The notes under the pieces are model-generated. The model ran no database searches, had not been told where the DNA came from, and was given only the letters and a program-made list of their open reading frames with translations. Positions 30,733 through 41,665 of a stretch of DNA of 64,000 nt are shown in pieces. How positions within the stretch are numbered: position 1 is the stretch's first letter; the number at the start of each line of letters is the position of its first letter. Source of the DNA: an uncultured archaeon (GTDB lineage Archaea > Thermoproteota > Bathyarchaeia > Bathyarchaeales > Bathycorpusculaceae); the NCBI GenBank assembly GCA_963810275.1, contig CAWENF010000026.1, positions 1 through 64,000 on the forward strand, read 5' to 3'. Made by a program: the position numbers and the translations under genes.

Positions 30733-31923
30733 TTAGGCTTTGACTTTTTGGGCGATTTGCACGCCGTAGTCAAAGCATTTTTTGAGTTCTTCCTCGGTTG
30801 GCACCCACTTCAACTCTAAGCTGGGCTCTATGACGTCAAAGCCTGTTTCCTTCGCTATTCTAACCATGCCGCGCACAGCACCGCCTCCCCAGCCGTAGCT
30901 GCCAAAGAAGCCCCATTGCTTGCCTCTGGGTTTAAGCCCAGTTATGTAAGTTAAGAACATGGCTACTGGCGGGAATATGCCGTTGTTGAGAGTGGGAGAG
31001 CCGACTAAAACGGCTTTAGCGTTTGTGATTTCAGTGACGATGTCGGTTTCGCCGGTAGCCCGCAGCTTGAGCAGTTTGACTTCGACACCTTGGCTTGCCA
31101 CTCCTTCGCCGATTGCCCTTGCCATCTTGTTGGTGCTGTCCCACATGGTATCAAACACGACGACAACCTTGTTCTCGACGGTTTTGCCTGTGCTCCAGTC
31201 GAGGTAGGCGTTGACGATTTTCATAGGGTCTTTGCGCCAGATGATTCCGTGGCTTGGCGCTATCATGTCGATGGGGATGTTCATGGCAACGACCTCCTGA
31301 ATCTTCTTCACAATCAGTGGCGCGAATGGGGTTAAGATGTTGCTCCAATACGTGATGGCTTCTTCCATAAGGATTTTCTGGTCTACCTCATCGTCGAAGC
31401 GCCCACTGCTTGCAAGGTGCTGACCGAAGGCATCGTTTGGCATAAGCACTTTATCTTCAATTAGATACGTAAACATACTGTCGGGCCAGTGCAGCATCGG
31501 CGCCTCAAGAAAAGTCAATGTCTTTTTGCCTAAGCTAATTTTGTCACCGCTCTTCACCGTTTCCACACGTTCAAACTCGACGCCATAGTGCTTGATGAGT
31601 TCCTCCTTGCCCCGAACGGTAGCGAAGATGCGGGCGTTCTTGGCGAGTTTGGCAATGATGGGGAGGCTGCTTGAGTGATCCATCTCTACGTGGTTAACTA
31701 CAATGTAGTCGATTTTCTCAAATGTAGTATGTTCCGTTACGTGTGTTATAAGTTCGTTGCAGAAAGCAGCTTTCACTGTGTCCACCAACACAGTTTTTTC
31801 ATCTTGGACAAGGTATGCGTTGTAGCTTGTACCGCGGTAAGTTTCGTAGTCATGGAAGTCGCGGATGTTCCAGTCGACAACGCCGACCCAGTAGATTCCG
31901 TCTTTAAGAGTTACTTTAACCAT
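30733..31923 (-). CDS. fprA: Flavodiiron protein (FprA, O2/NO reductase)
   Basis: YNAYL, NHVEMDH, HWPD, DAFGQH, PSHG, flavodoxin domain FGSYGWGG. Confidence 0.94.
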   Translation of the reverse strand: MVKVTLKDGIYWVGVVDWNIRDFHDYETYRGTSYNAYLVQDEKTVLVDTVKAAFCNELITHVTEHTTFEKIDYIVVNHVEMDHSSSLPIIAKLAKNARIFATVRGKEELIKHYGVEFERVETVKSGDKISLGKKTLTFLEAPMLHWPDSMFTYLIEDKVLMPNDAFGQHLASSGRFDDEVDQKILMEEAITYWSNILTPFAPLIVKKIQEVVAMNIPIDMIAPSHGIIWRKDPMKIVNAYLDWSTGKTVENKVVVVFDTMWDSTNKMARAIGEGVASQGVEVKLLKLRATGETDIVTEITNAKAVLVGSPTLNNGIFPPVAMFLTYITGLKPRGKQWGFFGSYGWGGGAVRGMVRIAKETGFDVIEPSLELKWVPTEEELKKCFDYGVQIAQKVKA

Positions 31924-32069
31924 CTTTAATATGCTCCAAAATGTTAACTTAAGTCAGCTTTATACCACTTATAATCGTTTCGTTGCGGGACGTTTTGAGC
32001 CGCAAAGTATTACTGTATAGAAAACAGAGTAAAAGCAGAGTCTAAAGCTGATTTTGGAGGACCAATAAC

Positions 32070-32714
32070 GTGAGTTTAATTCCAGAAAACAAAAAAGAAC
32101 TTCTCCGTACTGACTTCAAAAACAAACTGGTAGACCCCGTTCGCATAGTTATGTTCACGCAGGAAGTGGAGTGTCAATATTGTAGCCAAACCCGCCGTCT
32201 CGCCGAGGAAATGGCCCAGCTAAGCGATAAAGTCACCGCTGAAGTTTATGATTTCGTAAAAGACCAAGATAAAGCCAAAGAGCTGGGTATAGACAAAATC
32301 CCTGCTTTGGCAGTCATCGGCAAAAAAGACTACGGCGTCCGCATTTACGGCATGCCATTTGGCTATGAGCTGCAGACATTTGTGGAAGCAATTATCAACG
32401 TGTCTAAGGGCTCAACGGATTTGTCCCGGAAAACGCGAGATGTGCTTAAAGATATTAAGTCGCCGGTGCAAATCAAAGTCTTCGTTACCTTAACCTGCCC
32501 GCACTGCCCCGGAGCAGCAGCCATCGCCCACAAGCTGGCAGTCGAATACGACAACATCAAAGCAGACGTCATAGAAGGCGGCGAATTCCCCGACTTAAAT
32601 ATGAAGTACAACGTTATGGGCGTCCCAAAAATCGTAATTAATGACAAGGTGGATTTCGTAGGCGAATTCAACGAGGATCTCTTCGCTGAACACGTCGTGT
32701 TAGGTTCACTATAG
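32070..32714 (+). CDS. Protein disulfide oxidoreductase (two thioredoxin folds)
   Basis: CQYC and CPHC motifs, GVPKIVIN. Confidence 0.9.
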   Translation: MSLIPENKKELLRTDFKNKLVDPVRIVMFTQEVECQYCSQTRRLAEEMAQLSDKVTAEVYDFVKDQDKAKELGIDKIPALAVIGKKDYGVRIYGMPFGYELQTFVEAIINVSKGSTDLSRKTRDVLKDIKSPVQIKVFVTLTCPHCPGAAAIAHKLAVEYDNIKADVIEGGEFPDLNMKYNVMGVPKIVINDKVDFVGEFNEDLFAEHVVLGSL

Positions 32715-32749
32715 AACAAAAAAATAAAAAATTATAAGGGGTGTGGGGT

Positions 32750-33001
32750 TTAGTGGTTGTGTTCACATCCACAGCCGCAACCGCAGCTGTCGCCTTCGCC
32801 AATCTCTCCGCCTTCGTGGTGGTGATGATGCTGGTGATGCTGGTCTTCTGATGCTTCAGCGTTCAAGTAAAGTTCAGGTTCGTCCTCGAACATTTTCTTA
32901 CAGCTTGGAGCACAGAAGTAGTAGGTTTTGCCTTTGTAGACAGTCTTCCACTTCGCTGTTTTCTCATCGACATCCATGTTGCATACTAAGTCTTTTGCCA
33001 T
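32750..33001 (-). CDS. YHS-domain protein with His/Cys-rich tail
   Basis: DLVCNM..YKGKTYYFCAPSC; tail HHQHHHHH..SCGCGCGCEHNH; GGAGGTGA RBS. Confidence 0.88.
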   Translation of the reverse strand: MAKDLVCNMDVDEKTAKWKTVYKGKTYYFCAPSCKKMFEDEPELYLNAEASEDQHHQHHHHHEGGEIGEGDSCGCGCGCEHNH

Positions 33002-33038
33002 ACATAATTCACCTCCCAAACCATTCGTGTTGTGTTAC

Positions 33039-35462
33039 TTAGAGTTTTGGTTTAAACCGCCTCAGAAGTGCCGCGTTGGATACGACGGTGACGCTACTAC
33101 TAGCCATCGCTATGGATGCATACACAGGGTCAAAGAGCACATGCAGTATCGGATAGAATGCTCCGGCGGCCAGGGGCACAAGTATTATGTTGTAGAAGAA
33201 CGCCCAAAACAGGTTTTGGCGAATTTTACGCATAGTGGCTCTGCTTAGTTGTATAGCTACCACGACGTCGCGTAGGTCGTTTTTGATTAAGACTATGTCA
33301 CCTGTTTCGACGGCTACATCGGTTCCTGTCCCAACGGCGATTCCGATGTTTGCCTGCGCCAAGGCGGGTGCGTCGTTTATGCCGTCTCCCACCATAGCCA
33401 CCACCTTGCCCTCGGACTGGAGCCGCTTGATTTCTGAGGCTTTGTCACCGGGTAGCACTTCTGAGAGCACACTGTCTACGCCCACCTGAGCGGCGATGGC
33501 TTGTGCGGTGCGTTTGTTGTCCCCCGTTAACATGACCACTTCGAGCCCCATCTGCTTGAGTGCGGACACGGCTTCTTTGGAGTACTCCTTTAAAGTATCA
33601 GCCACGGCAATTACACCAGCGGATTTGCCATCCACAGCCATAAGCATCGCTGTTTTACCTTGCTGCTCAAACTCAGCCATCACATCTTCAAACTCATCTA
33701 TGTTGATGCTATTTACATCCATGAGTTTACGGTTGCCAAAAAGCACCCTAACGCCTCGATATTGGACCTCGACACCCTGCCCCGGAATAGCGATGAAATC
33801 GTCTGGGTCCTCAATTGTGTGACTCTGCGAAGTTGCCATCTTAACTATGGCTGTGCCTAATGGATGCTCAGAGTTCTTTTCTGCAACGGCAGCGAAATTC
33901 AATATCTGTTCTTTGCTAAAGTTGGCACTGGCTAAGATGTCGGTTACTTCGGGTTCCCCCTTGGTCAAGGTGCCTGTCTTATCGAACACGACGGATCTAA
34001 GCTTATGCGCGGTCTCTAATGCTTCGCCGCTTTTGATTAGGATGCCGTTTTCTGCACCTTTTCCGACACCTACCATTATGGCTGTCGGAGTCGCCAAGCC
34101 CAGAGCGCATGGGCAAGCGACAATTAACACGGCAATGAACACGGTCAATGAAAAGATGTAGGTTTCGCCTATGATTAAGTACCATACGAACGCTGACAGT
34201 ATCGCCGTAGCGATGATTATTGGGACGAAGTAGCCTGCTGCGATGTCGGCGAGTCGCTGCACTGGTGCTTTAGATGTCAACGCATCTTCGACGAGGTTTA
34301 TGATTTGCGCCAAAGCCGTGTCTTTACCAACCTTCGTTGCTTCGAACTTGAACGTGCCAGTCTTGTTCATAGTAGCGCCAATAACCTGGTCACCCTTCCC
34401 CTTTTCAACAGGGATAGATTCGCCTGTGATAACCTTCTCATCTACACCCGAGTATCCCTCAACTACAACACCGTCAACTGGGATTTTCTCTCCAGGTCGT
34501 ACCACTACAATATCACCGACCGCTACTTCCTCAACAGGCAGTTCAAATTCTGCACCATCTCGAATGACTCGGGCGGTTTTGGCTTGGAGACCCATGATTT
34601 TTCGGATAGCCTCCGACGTGCGCCCTTTGGCGATGGCATCCAGCAGTTTTCCAGCCAAAATGAAGGTCATAATCATAACTGAAGTGTCAAAGAACACGGC
34701 TGAGTCAGGGAAAACGTTAGGCAAAAAAGTGACTACTGTGCTGTATATCCAAGCTGTGGAGGTGCCCATTGCGATTAGGGTGTCCATATTGGCGGTTTTA
34801 TTTTTCAGCCCCTTGTAGGCGCCCACGTAAAAGGTCCAGCCGACGATGAACTGCACGGGGGTAGCGAGGAGGAACATTATGATTTTTGTCTGTTCCATGG
34901 GCAGTACTGGGAACCACATAAGCATCAGAATTGGAACTGTTATGATTGCGCTAGTGGCAAGGAGGATTTTTAGGCGTCGGATGTGGCTTTTGCGGGCTTT
35001 GGCCTCGGCGTCTTCAACGGTTCCGCCGCCTTGTTGTTCGGCGACTTCGTAGCCTGTGTCTGTTATAGCTTTCTTTATGCTGGCTAGGCTGATTTGGTTA
35101 GAGTTGTACTCTACAATGACACGTTCTGCAGCGAAGTTTACGACTGCACTGTATATGCCTTCTTTGGGTTGGAGAACTTTTTCGATTGTTTTGGCGCAAT
35201 TGATGCATGTCATTCCGTTGACTTGGATGTCAGCTTTGTCGTGGATGACTTGGTAGCCTGCGTCGACTATAGCTGTTTCAATGGTTTTTTGGTCCACCAC
35301 GGTCGGGTTGTAGTCGATTAGGGCTTTTTCGGCGGCTAAGTTGACGGTGGCTTGGGTGATCCCGTTGAGTTTGTAGAGTGCTTTTTCGATGGCGTGAGCG
35401 CAGTTTATGCAGCTCATACCGCCGATATTTAGGACGAGTTTTTTGGTTGTGGTTTGGCTCAA
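33039..35462 (-). CDS. copA: Cu(I)-translocating P1B-ATPase
   Basis: Two GMxCxxC HMA domains, [24 protein letters not shown] and MASSS TM ligands. Confidence 0.95.
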   Translation of the reverse strand: MSQTTTKKLVLNIGGMSCINCAHAIEKALYKLNGITQATVNLAAEKALIDYNPTVVDQKTIETAIVDAGYQVIHDKADIQVNGMTCINCAKTIEKVLQPKEGIYSAVVNFAAERVIVEYNSNQISLASIKKAITDTGYEVAEQQGGGTVEDAEAKARKSHIRRLKILLATSAIITVPILMLMWFPVLPMEQTKIIMFLLATPVQFIVGWTFYVGAYKGLKNKTANMDTLIAMGTSTAWIYSTVVTFLPNVFPDSAVFFDTSVMIMTFILAGKLLDAIAKGRTSEAIRKIMGLQAKTARVIRDGAEFELPVEEVAVGDIVVVRPGEKIPVDGVVVEGYSGVDEKVITGESIPVEKGKGDQVIGATMNKTGTFKFEATKVGKDTALAQIINLVEDALTSKAPVQRLADIAAGYFVPIIIATAILSAFVWYLIIGETYIFSLTVFIAVLIVACPCALGLATPTAIMVGVGKGAENGILIKSGEALETAHKLRSVVFDKTGTLTKGEPEVTDILASANFSKEQILNFAAVAEKNSEHPLGTAIVKMATSQSHTIEDPDDFIAIPGQGVEVQYRGVRVLFGNRKLMDVNSINIDEFEDVMAEFEQQGKTAMLMAVDGKSAGVIAVADTLKEYSKEAVSALKQMGLEVVMLTGDNKRTAQAIAAQVGVDSVLSEVLPGDKASEIKRLQSEGKVVAMVGDGINDAPALAQANIGIAVGTGTDVAVETGDIVLIKNDLRDVVVAIQLSRATMRKIRQNLFWAFFYNIILVPLAAGAFYPILHVLFDPVYASIAMASSSVTVVSNAALLRRFKPKL

Positions 35463-35564
35463 CGGGTTGTCTCCATGCTGATAAATAATTTGGTGTCAGA
35501 ACGAATATAAATATTTCTTTTAAAGATATATCTTTTTCAATAACTTGTTTGTGAAAATATCCAA

Positions 35565-35840
35565 TTAATCAATCCGCTTAATAATATGATACCCAAACTG
35601 TGTCTTAACAGGTGCCGAAACCTGCCCTTTCTGCAGGTCAAACGCACACTTCTCAAACTCCTTAACCATCTTGCCCCGACTAAAAATGCCCAAGTCGCCA
35701 CCTTTTTTGCCAGATGAGCACAAAGAGACTTGTTTGGCGATGTCACCGAATTTTTCGCCTTTCTCTAGGCGGGCTTTTACGTTGTTGGCTTCGGTAAGGG
35801 TTTTTACGAGGATATGAGCGCAGTGGACTTTATTTGACAT
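35565..35840 (-). CDS. Parvulin-type peptidyl-prolyl isomerase
   Basis: HILVK, GGDLG.F.RG.MV.EFE, VKTQFGYHII. Confidence 0.92.
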   Translation of the reverse strand: MSNKVHCAHILVKTLTEANNVKARLEKGEKFGDIAKQVSLCSSGKKGGDLGIFSRGKMVKEFEKCAFDLQKGQVSAPVKTQFGYHIIKRID

Positions 35841-36072
35841 GATTATGGAATGGGTGGTTTTTGGGATATAACTTTTTCTCGACCGAACTTTTTTATGGCC
35901 GAATCAATGTTTTTTACAAGTTAGCGTAGATCTAACCATACACAACAATCTCTTAAGTCCAAGTTTTTTATATATAAATGTTAAATTGCACCACCCGTAG
36001 GGACTGTCACTTCGAACTTCGAAGTAGCAACGGCAGATAGCGTTATAGCAAAAACCACCTATACCAATAACC

Positions 36073-36186
36073 ATGAAACCTCAAAACACCCCAGCGAAAA
36101 TCGACGAAGAAGAATGCCTCGACCAAACCACAGCAGCACAGTTAGGCAAAATCGTCGAGTTCCTTCGAAACATAGAAGAAGACTAA
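36073..36186 (+). CDS. Putative 37-aa peptide
   Basis: MKPQNTPAKIDEEECLDQTTAAQLGKIVEFLRNIEED; TATA-like box near 35968 and T-rich tract downstream. Confidence 0.4.
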   Translation: MKPQNTPAKIDEEECLDQTTAAQLGKIVEFLRNIEED

Positions 36187-37336
36187 CCAACTCAGCTTTT
36201 TCTTCATCTTTCAGTTAGTTTTTAAAAAAAACACTACTTGCGCTAATCTTTTCGTACACACCATTTCTTGGGGCTTTTGTTTGATGCTGCTTCTTATCCA
36301 AGGCATCATATCAAAGTCCCTTTCAGAGCGACAATTTACTACCATGTCAGCTATGCATTCCATAGCGGGTACTCTTCTATAAATTACAACACTTTTCCCG
36401 CGCCTTGAATTTATTGAAAACAAAATCTTGTTCTCAAACGACCAGACCTCAAAACGCTGGACATAGTCCTCTTTGGAGTCATAGCTTTCTGAGCCACCTC
36501 CTGCAGGTCCACTATCGCTAAAAAATAAGAAAAGGTTTTCAAAGTTTATTCGCCTGCGCCGACGCTCCCATTTCTGTCAGGGCATCTTGAGGTTTATAGT
36601 GTAAAAATTCTATTTCTACATCTCCACCCAACACGCCCACGAGGAACCGTCAAGTGTTAGCCATAAGCACGCTTACGTTTGGATGTACTGAGATGTCTCT
36701 GAACATGAGGGTTTGATTGAGACAGTGCTGGAGGCTTTCGAGAAAGCGCAGGCAGTCTAAAGAGTAAAAATATAACCAACTTTGGGAGTAGCGTAGGGTA
36801 AGCCGCATTTGTGGTAAATGCTTCCAGCGAGGCAGTTGTAGCAAATTATCCTTGAGGTTCGGTTGTGCAACCTAGCATGTTCAAACTGCAAGGTAGCGGT
36901 CTTTTACGTACCATTTTAGATTGTTGTTTACAACTTCAGGGTTTAATGCCTGTCTAAAAGCAGGTGTATGCATGTTGCTTAACCTGCCAAAAAATAGACT
37001 ATTTGTCCCCACATCAAAAGAGACAGTGTATGTTATTAATTTTTTTTGTTCAATAACACAAAAAAAGCTAACGCTTTATTTGTATAAACAAGCAGCAAAG
37101 CCATCATACAATTATAAGCACCATCACAACGTTTCAACAAGCAAACCAAGTTGACTCATCTACAGTTATAGACGCAGAAAACGTGTGCACTTCCAAACCC
37201 CGAGATGATAGAAAAATAAAGGCTCACCCCCTTCCTGACACTATTAGAAATAAACACAACATGAAATTGGAACTTACAAAAATTTTAGGAATAATAAAAA
37301 AGGAAACTCTCTCACGAAGTGAGAGACAACTTTGGT

Positions 37337-37516
37337 TTACTCGATTACCTGAATTGCACCTTCAGGGCATTGTGCTTCGCATGCTCTACAAACCAGGCAT
37401 TCGCTTTCGTTGACTGGTGTTGCTTTGCCGTCTTTGATTTCGTAAACGCTGACGGGGCATGTGTTGACACAAGTTTCGCATCCAGTGCATTTGGCATCGA
37501 CAATAATTTTTACCAT
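37337..37516 (-). CDS. 2[4Fe-4S] ferredoxin (59 aa, below ORF-track cutoff)
   Basis: MVKIIVDAKCTGCETCVNTCPVSVYEIKDGKATPVNESECLVCRACEAQCPEGAIQVIE: two CxxCxxCxxxCP motifs. Confidence 0.93.
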   Translation of the reverse strand: MVKIIVDAKCTGCETCVNTCPVSVYEIKDGKATPVNESECLVCRACEAQCPEGAIQVIE

Positions 37517-37580
37517 TTTTGTCTTACCTCTGGGATAAATTCAAAAAAGCTTAGCTGTAAAATAAAAGGTTTTAGGTGTT

Positions 37581-39382
37581 TTAACGTGTTTTTTCACGTA
37601 ACCTCATCAAAATTCCATTAATAGCGGACTCTGCTTTGTGACGGATTTTTTGGTAGTCACCAACCGTTTTCTTGTAGGTTTCTATGTTGATTTCGCCTCG
37701 GCTTTGGCGCCACTTCAAACTGCTGATGCTTTCTTCTGCGCCTGCAAGGTCTTCTTCAGCTAAATCCAGTTGCTTAGCCAAATCAGGGTAGGAGCCAGAA
37801 GAGCCTCGGAAAACTGCTTTGTCACGTTCCAAGTGACGGTTAACGCTTTCAAGGCGGGTTTCGATGGCTTGCTTTTGCACTTTGTATTGGCGTCTTGGAA
37901 TCTTGCCCTTCTGTGCTTTAGCCTCCAACGCCACAAGCTCTGCCTTAAGCGCCTTTTTGTCCTCATAGGCATCTAGGAAGTCGTTTATGACATCCGAAGT
38001 TATGGGCTGCCCCGTTTTTATTTCGGTTAAGCGGTTGTCTTGTTCAGGGTTTACGGTGCGGCGGCACTCAGTGAGCTTCTGCACCCGAGCCTGGTAAGTC
38101 TCCTCACCCGGACGCACTTTGCGGTAAACCACTGCACCCACGCAGACTAACGCAGATACCAACGCAGCCCAGAACGTGGGTCGGAAGGAAACCCAGACAG
38201 GGTTGTAGCTGTAGGAGAGCTGGATGGTGTTCAGTTGAGGGGCAAGGTAGTCGACGTAGCTTATGCTTTTTTCAGCAACGGTTAAGGTGTCTTGAAAAGT
38301 GCCACGGGTTAATGTGGAAGTTTGGTCTAGGCTACCGACTTGGGGGACTGCTATAGATGCGCCTTCAGGCGGGTTAAAGGTGATCGTAGCGTTTTCCACT
38401 ACGTACTGGAATTTGGGGAACAACTGGAAACCCGCCAAAACGTATTGGTCACCTTGCAGGGTTGCGCCGGGCAAATCATACTCCACAGTTAAAGTTGCTG
38501 ATTGGTCTTTTTCCACAAAAGAAGACAGGGTTATGTTTACGAGCAACACGTTGTTGTAGTTCGCTAAGTAAATGTTTAGCGGAGTGCCATATTGGTCACT
38601 AACGGCCACGTTTGACGCTTCACTGGGCACATTTAGCACAAAGGAACTCAGGGAGGAGGCGTTGCTTGTTAAAAGGTAAGTGTCCGTTGAATCCACGGCG
38701 ACCAGTGGAGTAAATGGTCAACTCCCGTTTTAGACTGCTTACGGTGGTGGGCTGGATTGCGCCTGAAGAGAGCTCAACCGATGCCGTGGCTGCCGTGAAA
38801 GTGTAAGCAGGCAGATTCGCCACCTCGTAGGAAGCGTCATTTATGTTGCCGTCGCTTTTAATGATGGAATATAGAGGATACAACGTCTGGGAAAGTTAAG
38901 GTGACACTGCATGCGCTTGCTTCTTTTATTAGGCTTGGGTAAGCAGGGTAGTTGATGGTGTAGTTGCCGCCGCCGTTGTCAGCGACTAAATCGTTGTTTA
39001 ACACGAAAGCGACAGTGAAGACGCTTGGTGCGTACCCTTCAAAGTTGACTTGGGCTCCATAGAATCCACCGCGGTCACCCAATGGCACACCCAAGTTGAC
39101 TGCGTAAACGTGACTGTCATCATAGGCTAATGCTTTTAGCACGTTGTCGCTGTACTGCAGGGGTAAACCAATCAAGAAGCCGTCTTGCGCTGGAGCTGAG
39201 AGATGGATAGTGTCGAGCACGACGATGTTGCCTGAGTACATGACCTGGACCTGATGATCGACGCTGGTTATGCTGTAGGTGGTTGTCTGCGCATATACGG
39301 CGTTTTGGGGGGCAACGGATAAAATGGCGAGAAAAAGTACAGCCCCAAGTAAAAACGCCACGCGTTGCTTCAAATTCTTCAC
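37581..39382 (-). CDS. Single-pass membrane protein of about 600 aa with ribophorin-I-like architecture (two frameshifts)
   Basis: ORFs 38858..39382, 38620..38883 and 37581..38696 join into signal peptide + beta-rich ectodomain + TM (RPTFWAALVSALVCVGAVVY) + helical coiled tail. Confidence 0.65.
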
Positions 39383-39597
39383 CGAGTCATGATTTCTGTG
39401 GGTTAACCTTGTTTATTTACTTTTACCGTAATCTTAAAACCGCCCAGTCCAACCAATCCAGATGACGCTGTTTGCGCTCTCTTAGTAGACACCCCTTAAA
39501 AGGGTGTTATTTTGCAGACAATGTAGCGCTTAACTCGTTAAAGTAATGTATATATGCCATTTTGCATCACTGGAATTATCGGTTTTTGGTGAAATTT

Positions 39598-40212
39598 ATG
39601 AAAAAAGTAAAAACATTTAGTTTACCCAAACTTCCATACGATTACAACGCCCTTGCACCCCACATTTCTGAAGAACAACTTAGAATCCATCACGACAAAC
39701 ATCATCAAAGCTACGTCAACGGAGCCAACGCAATATTCGCAAAATTCGAAGAAGCTCGCGAAGGCAAAGTAACCCTTGACGTGAAAGCCATCTCCAAAGA
39801 GCTCTCCTTCAACATCGGCGGCCACATGCTGCACACAACCTTCTGGGAGAACATGGCACCCGCAGGGAAAGGCGGTGGAGGTGAACCCAGAGGAGCCATT
39901 GCAGATATTATCGACACTCAGTTTGGCGGCTTTGAGAAATTCAAAAGAGCATTTTCAACAGCGGCGATGAGCACAGAAGGCTCAGGATGGGCGGCGCTTG
40001 CCGTACACCAATGTGTAGACCGCGCCTTAATTATGCAAATCGAGAAGCATAACGTCAACGTTTTCCCCGACTTCACAATCATCATGGCGCTTGACGTTTG
40101 GGAACACGCATACTACCTTGACTACAAAAATGACCGCGCTAAATTCGTGGAGAACTTCTGGAACATCGTCAACTGGGACCAAGTCAACAAGAACTTGACC
40201 ATGGTAAAATAA
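39598..40212 (+). CDS. sod: Fe/Mn superoxide dismutase
   Basis: [35 protein letters not shown]. Confidence 0.96.
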   Translation: MKKVKTFSLPKLPYDYNALAPHISEEQLRIHHDKHHQSYVNGANAIFAKFEEAREGKVTLDVKAISKELSFNIGGHMLHTTFWENMAPAGKGGGGEPRGAIADIIDTQFGGFEKFKRAFSTAAMSTEGSGWAALAVHQCVDRALIMQIEKHNVNVFPDFTIIMALDVWEHAYYLDYKNDRAKFVENFWNIVNWDQVNKNLTMVK

Positions 40213-40269
40213 ACCCTGACTTTTTTAGGGTATCCCCAAAGATTCCTTTTTTAGGGAACAAAAGCCCCA

Positions 40270-40587
40270 CTATTGGGGCGGAGTGATTTTTATGGCTCCA
40301 GCAGGGCACTGGAGTTGGCAGGCTAAGCATTGAATGCAGGTGTTTTCTCTGGCTGGGTCAGCTTTGCGCTGTGACAGGGGATGCCCAGGCGTGTCAACCA
40401 TGTCATAGAGCGACACAGGGCAAACATCGGCACAGACACCGTCGCCTACACAGGAATCCCAATCCACCGCAGATGTGGTTCCGTGAATACCCAGTTGTGT
40501 TGGAGGGTCAACGGGCCCCCAAACTTTGTGTCCGTTATGTTCAGAAACAACTTTGCGTTTATCCATAAAATCAGGGTCAATCGGCAA
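40270..40587 (-). CDS. Zinc-containing dicluster ferredoxin (Zfx type)
   Basis: N-terminal extension PIDPDF..EHNGHKVWGPVDPP..LGIHG; CVGDGVC..CP and CIQCLAC..CP. Confidence 0.85.
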   Translation of the reverse strand: MPIDPDFMDKRKVVSEHNGHKVWGPVDPPTQLGIHGTTSAVDWDSCVGDGVCADVCPVSLYDMVDTPGHPLSQRKADPARENTCIQCLACQLQCPAGAIKITPPQ

Positions 40588-40679
40588 AACAAGTCACCAA
40601 AGTAACGTGAGTTATGCTGGCATATAGGTGTTTCCACAAAGCATTTTGGCAAGTTGTAGCAACAATTCTAGCGGTGTTT

Positions 40680-41456
40680 ATGCCTAACTATTATCTGCCA
40701 GCTGGCATGAGGTTTTCTACATTAGGGGAACGCAGAGAATTCTACACAGAAGAGTTCAACCTCAAAACAGCGTCCGACTGGTTCAGCCAAGGTTTGGGTA
40801 ATACCCGCTTTGCCGTCATAATGGGTAGGCACACCAAAATCGTGCAAAAAAAGTACCGTGAAGACGCTGGGACCACCATCATAATTGACGATTACAAAGA
40901 CATGACAGACGTTAAGGCGGAGGTGCTGGAGTTTTTGCCTGAGGCCGTTTACTATGACCGCACACTCTACGGCGGCAGCGGCGAAGTGCTCGGGCAAGAA
41001 CTTGCGTTTGATTTAGACCCTGAAAACGTCACCTGTCCAGTCCACGGCACCCTCGCTGACAAGATGAAGCGACATCAGGGACTGAGCTTCTGCGAAATTG
41101 AGTTAAGTATTGTGCAGAAGGAGGCTGTAGGGCTCTATGAGTACCTCGCCAAACAGTACTCCAACCTGAAAGTAACCTATTCGGGCAGGGGCTTTCACAT
41201 CCACGTCTTTGACAAAGACGCTTACAACCTAACCATACAAGAACGCACCGCAGTGGCTAAGGAAGTTAAATCGGCAGGGTTCCAAATCGATGAGTGGGTC
41301 ACCACAGGCGAATACCGCCTCATCCGCTTACCCTACAGCCTCAATGGGCTGGTGTCTCGAATAGTGTTGCCGCTAAAAAAAGAAGAACTGGAAGGCTTTG
41401 ACGCCGTTCACGACCCACGGTGCATTCCCAAATTTTTGGGCACAGCTACTTTTTGA
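40680..41456 (+). CDS. Stand-alone archaeo-eukaryotic primase (PriS-like) protein
   Basis: ELAFDLD (DxD), YSGRGFH, ID.WVT, RLIRLPYSLN motifs; 258 aa. Confidence 0.82.
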   Translation: MPNYYLPAGMRFSTLGERREFYTEEFNLKTASDWFSQGLGNTRFAVIMGRHTKIVQKKYREDAGTTIIIDDYKDMTDVKAEVLEFLPEAVYYDRTLYGGSGEVLGQELAFDLDPENVTCPVHGTLADKMKRHQGLSFCEIELSIVQKEAVGLYEYLAKQYSNLKVTYSGRGFHIHVFDKDAYNLTIQERTAVAKEVKSAGFQIDEWVTTGEYRLIRLPYSLNGLVSRIVLPLKKEELEGFDAVHDPRCIPKFLGTATF

Positions 41457-41547
41457 CTTCTGTAGCTTTCTTTTCGCCTTTCCCATAATAGTAGGCTTGT
41501 TTCTTTTTCTGCTCTTCAGCCGAAGGTTTCTTAGCCAAAACAATCAT
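41446..41547 (-). CDS. Putative 33-aa lysine-rich peptide
   Basis: MIVLAKKPSAEEQKKKQAYYYGKGEKKATEVKK; TATA-like TTTAATTA upstream. Confidence 0.35.
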   Translation of the reverse strand: MIVLAKKPSAEEQKKKQAYYYGKGEKKATEVKK

Positions 41548-41665
41548 CCCCAGGAAACTATTGAAAAACTGCCCTTAAAGACTTTTTTAATTAAAGCGCT
41601 TGCAATTGAAAGGTTTATCTGCACTGAAATCTCCACCTTAATGTGTATACTTAAAGGTGACTTTT

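Noticed and set aside
36211-37330. Short ORFs in the AT-rich gap
   Set aside because: Fragmentary and stop-riddled; no family could be assigned
39490-39508. ACACCC-N7-GGGTGT inverted repeat upstream of sod
   Set aside because: Single 6-bp arm repeat with no second copy found; could be chance
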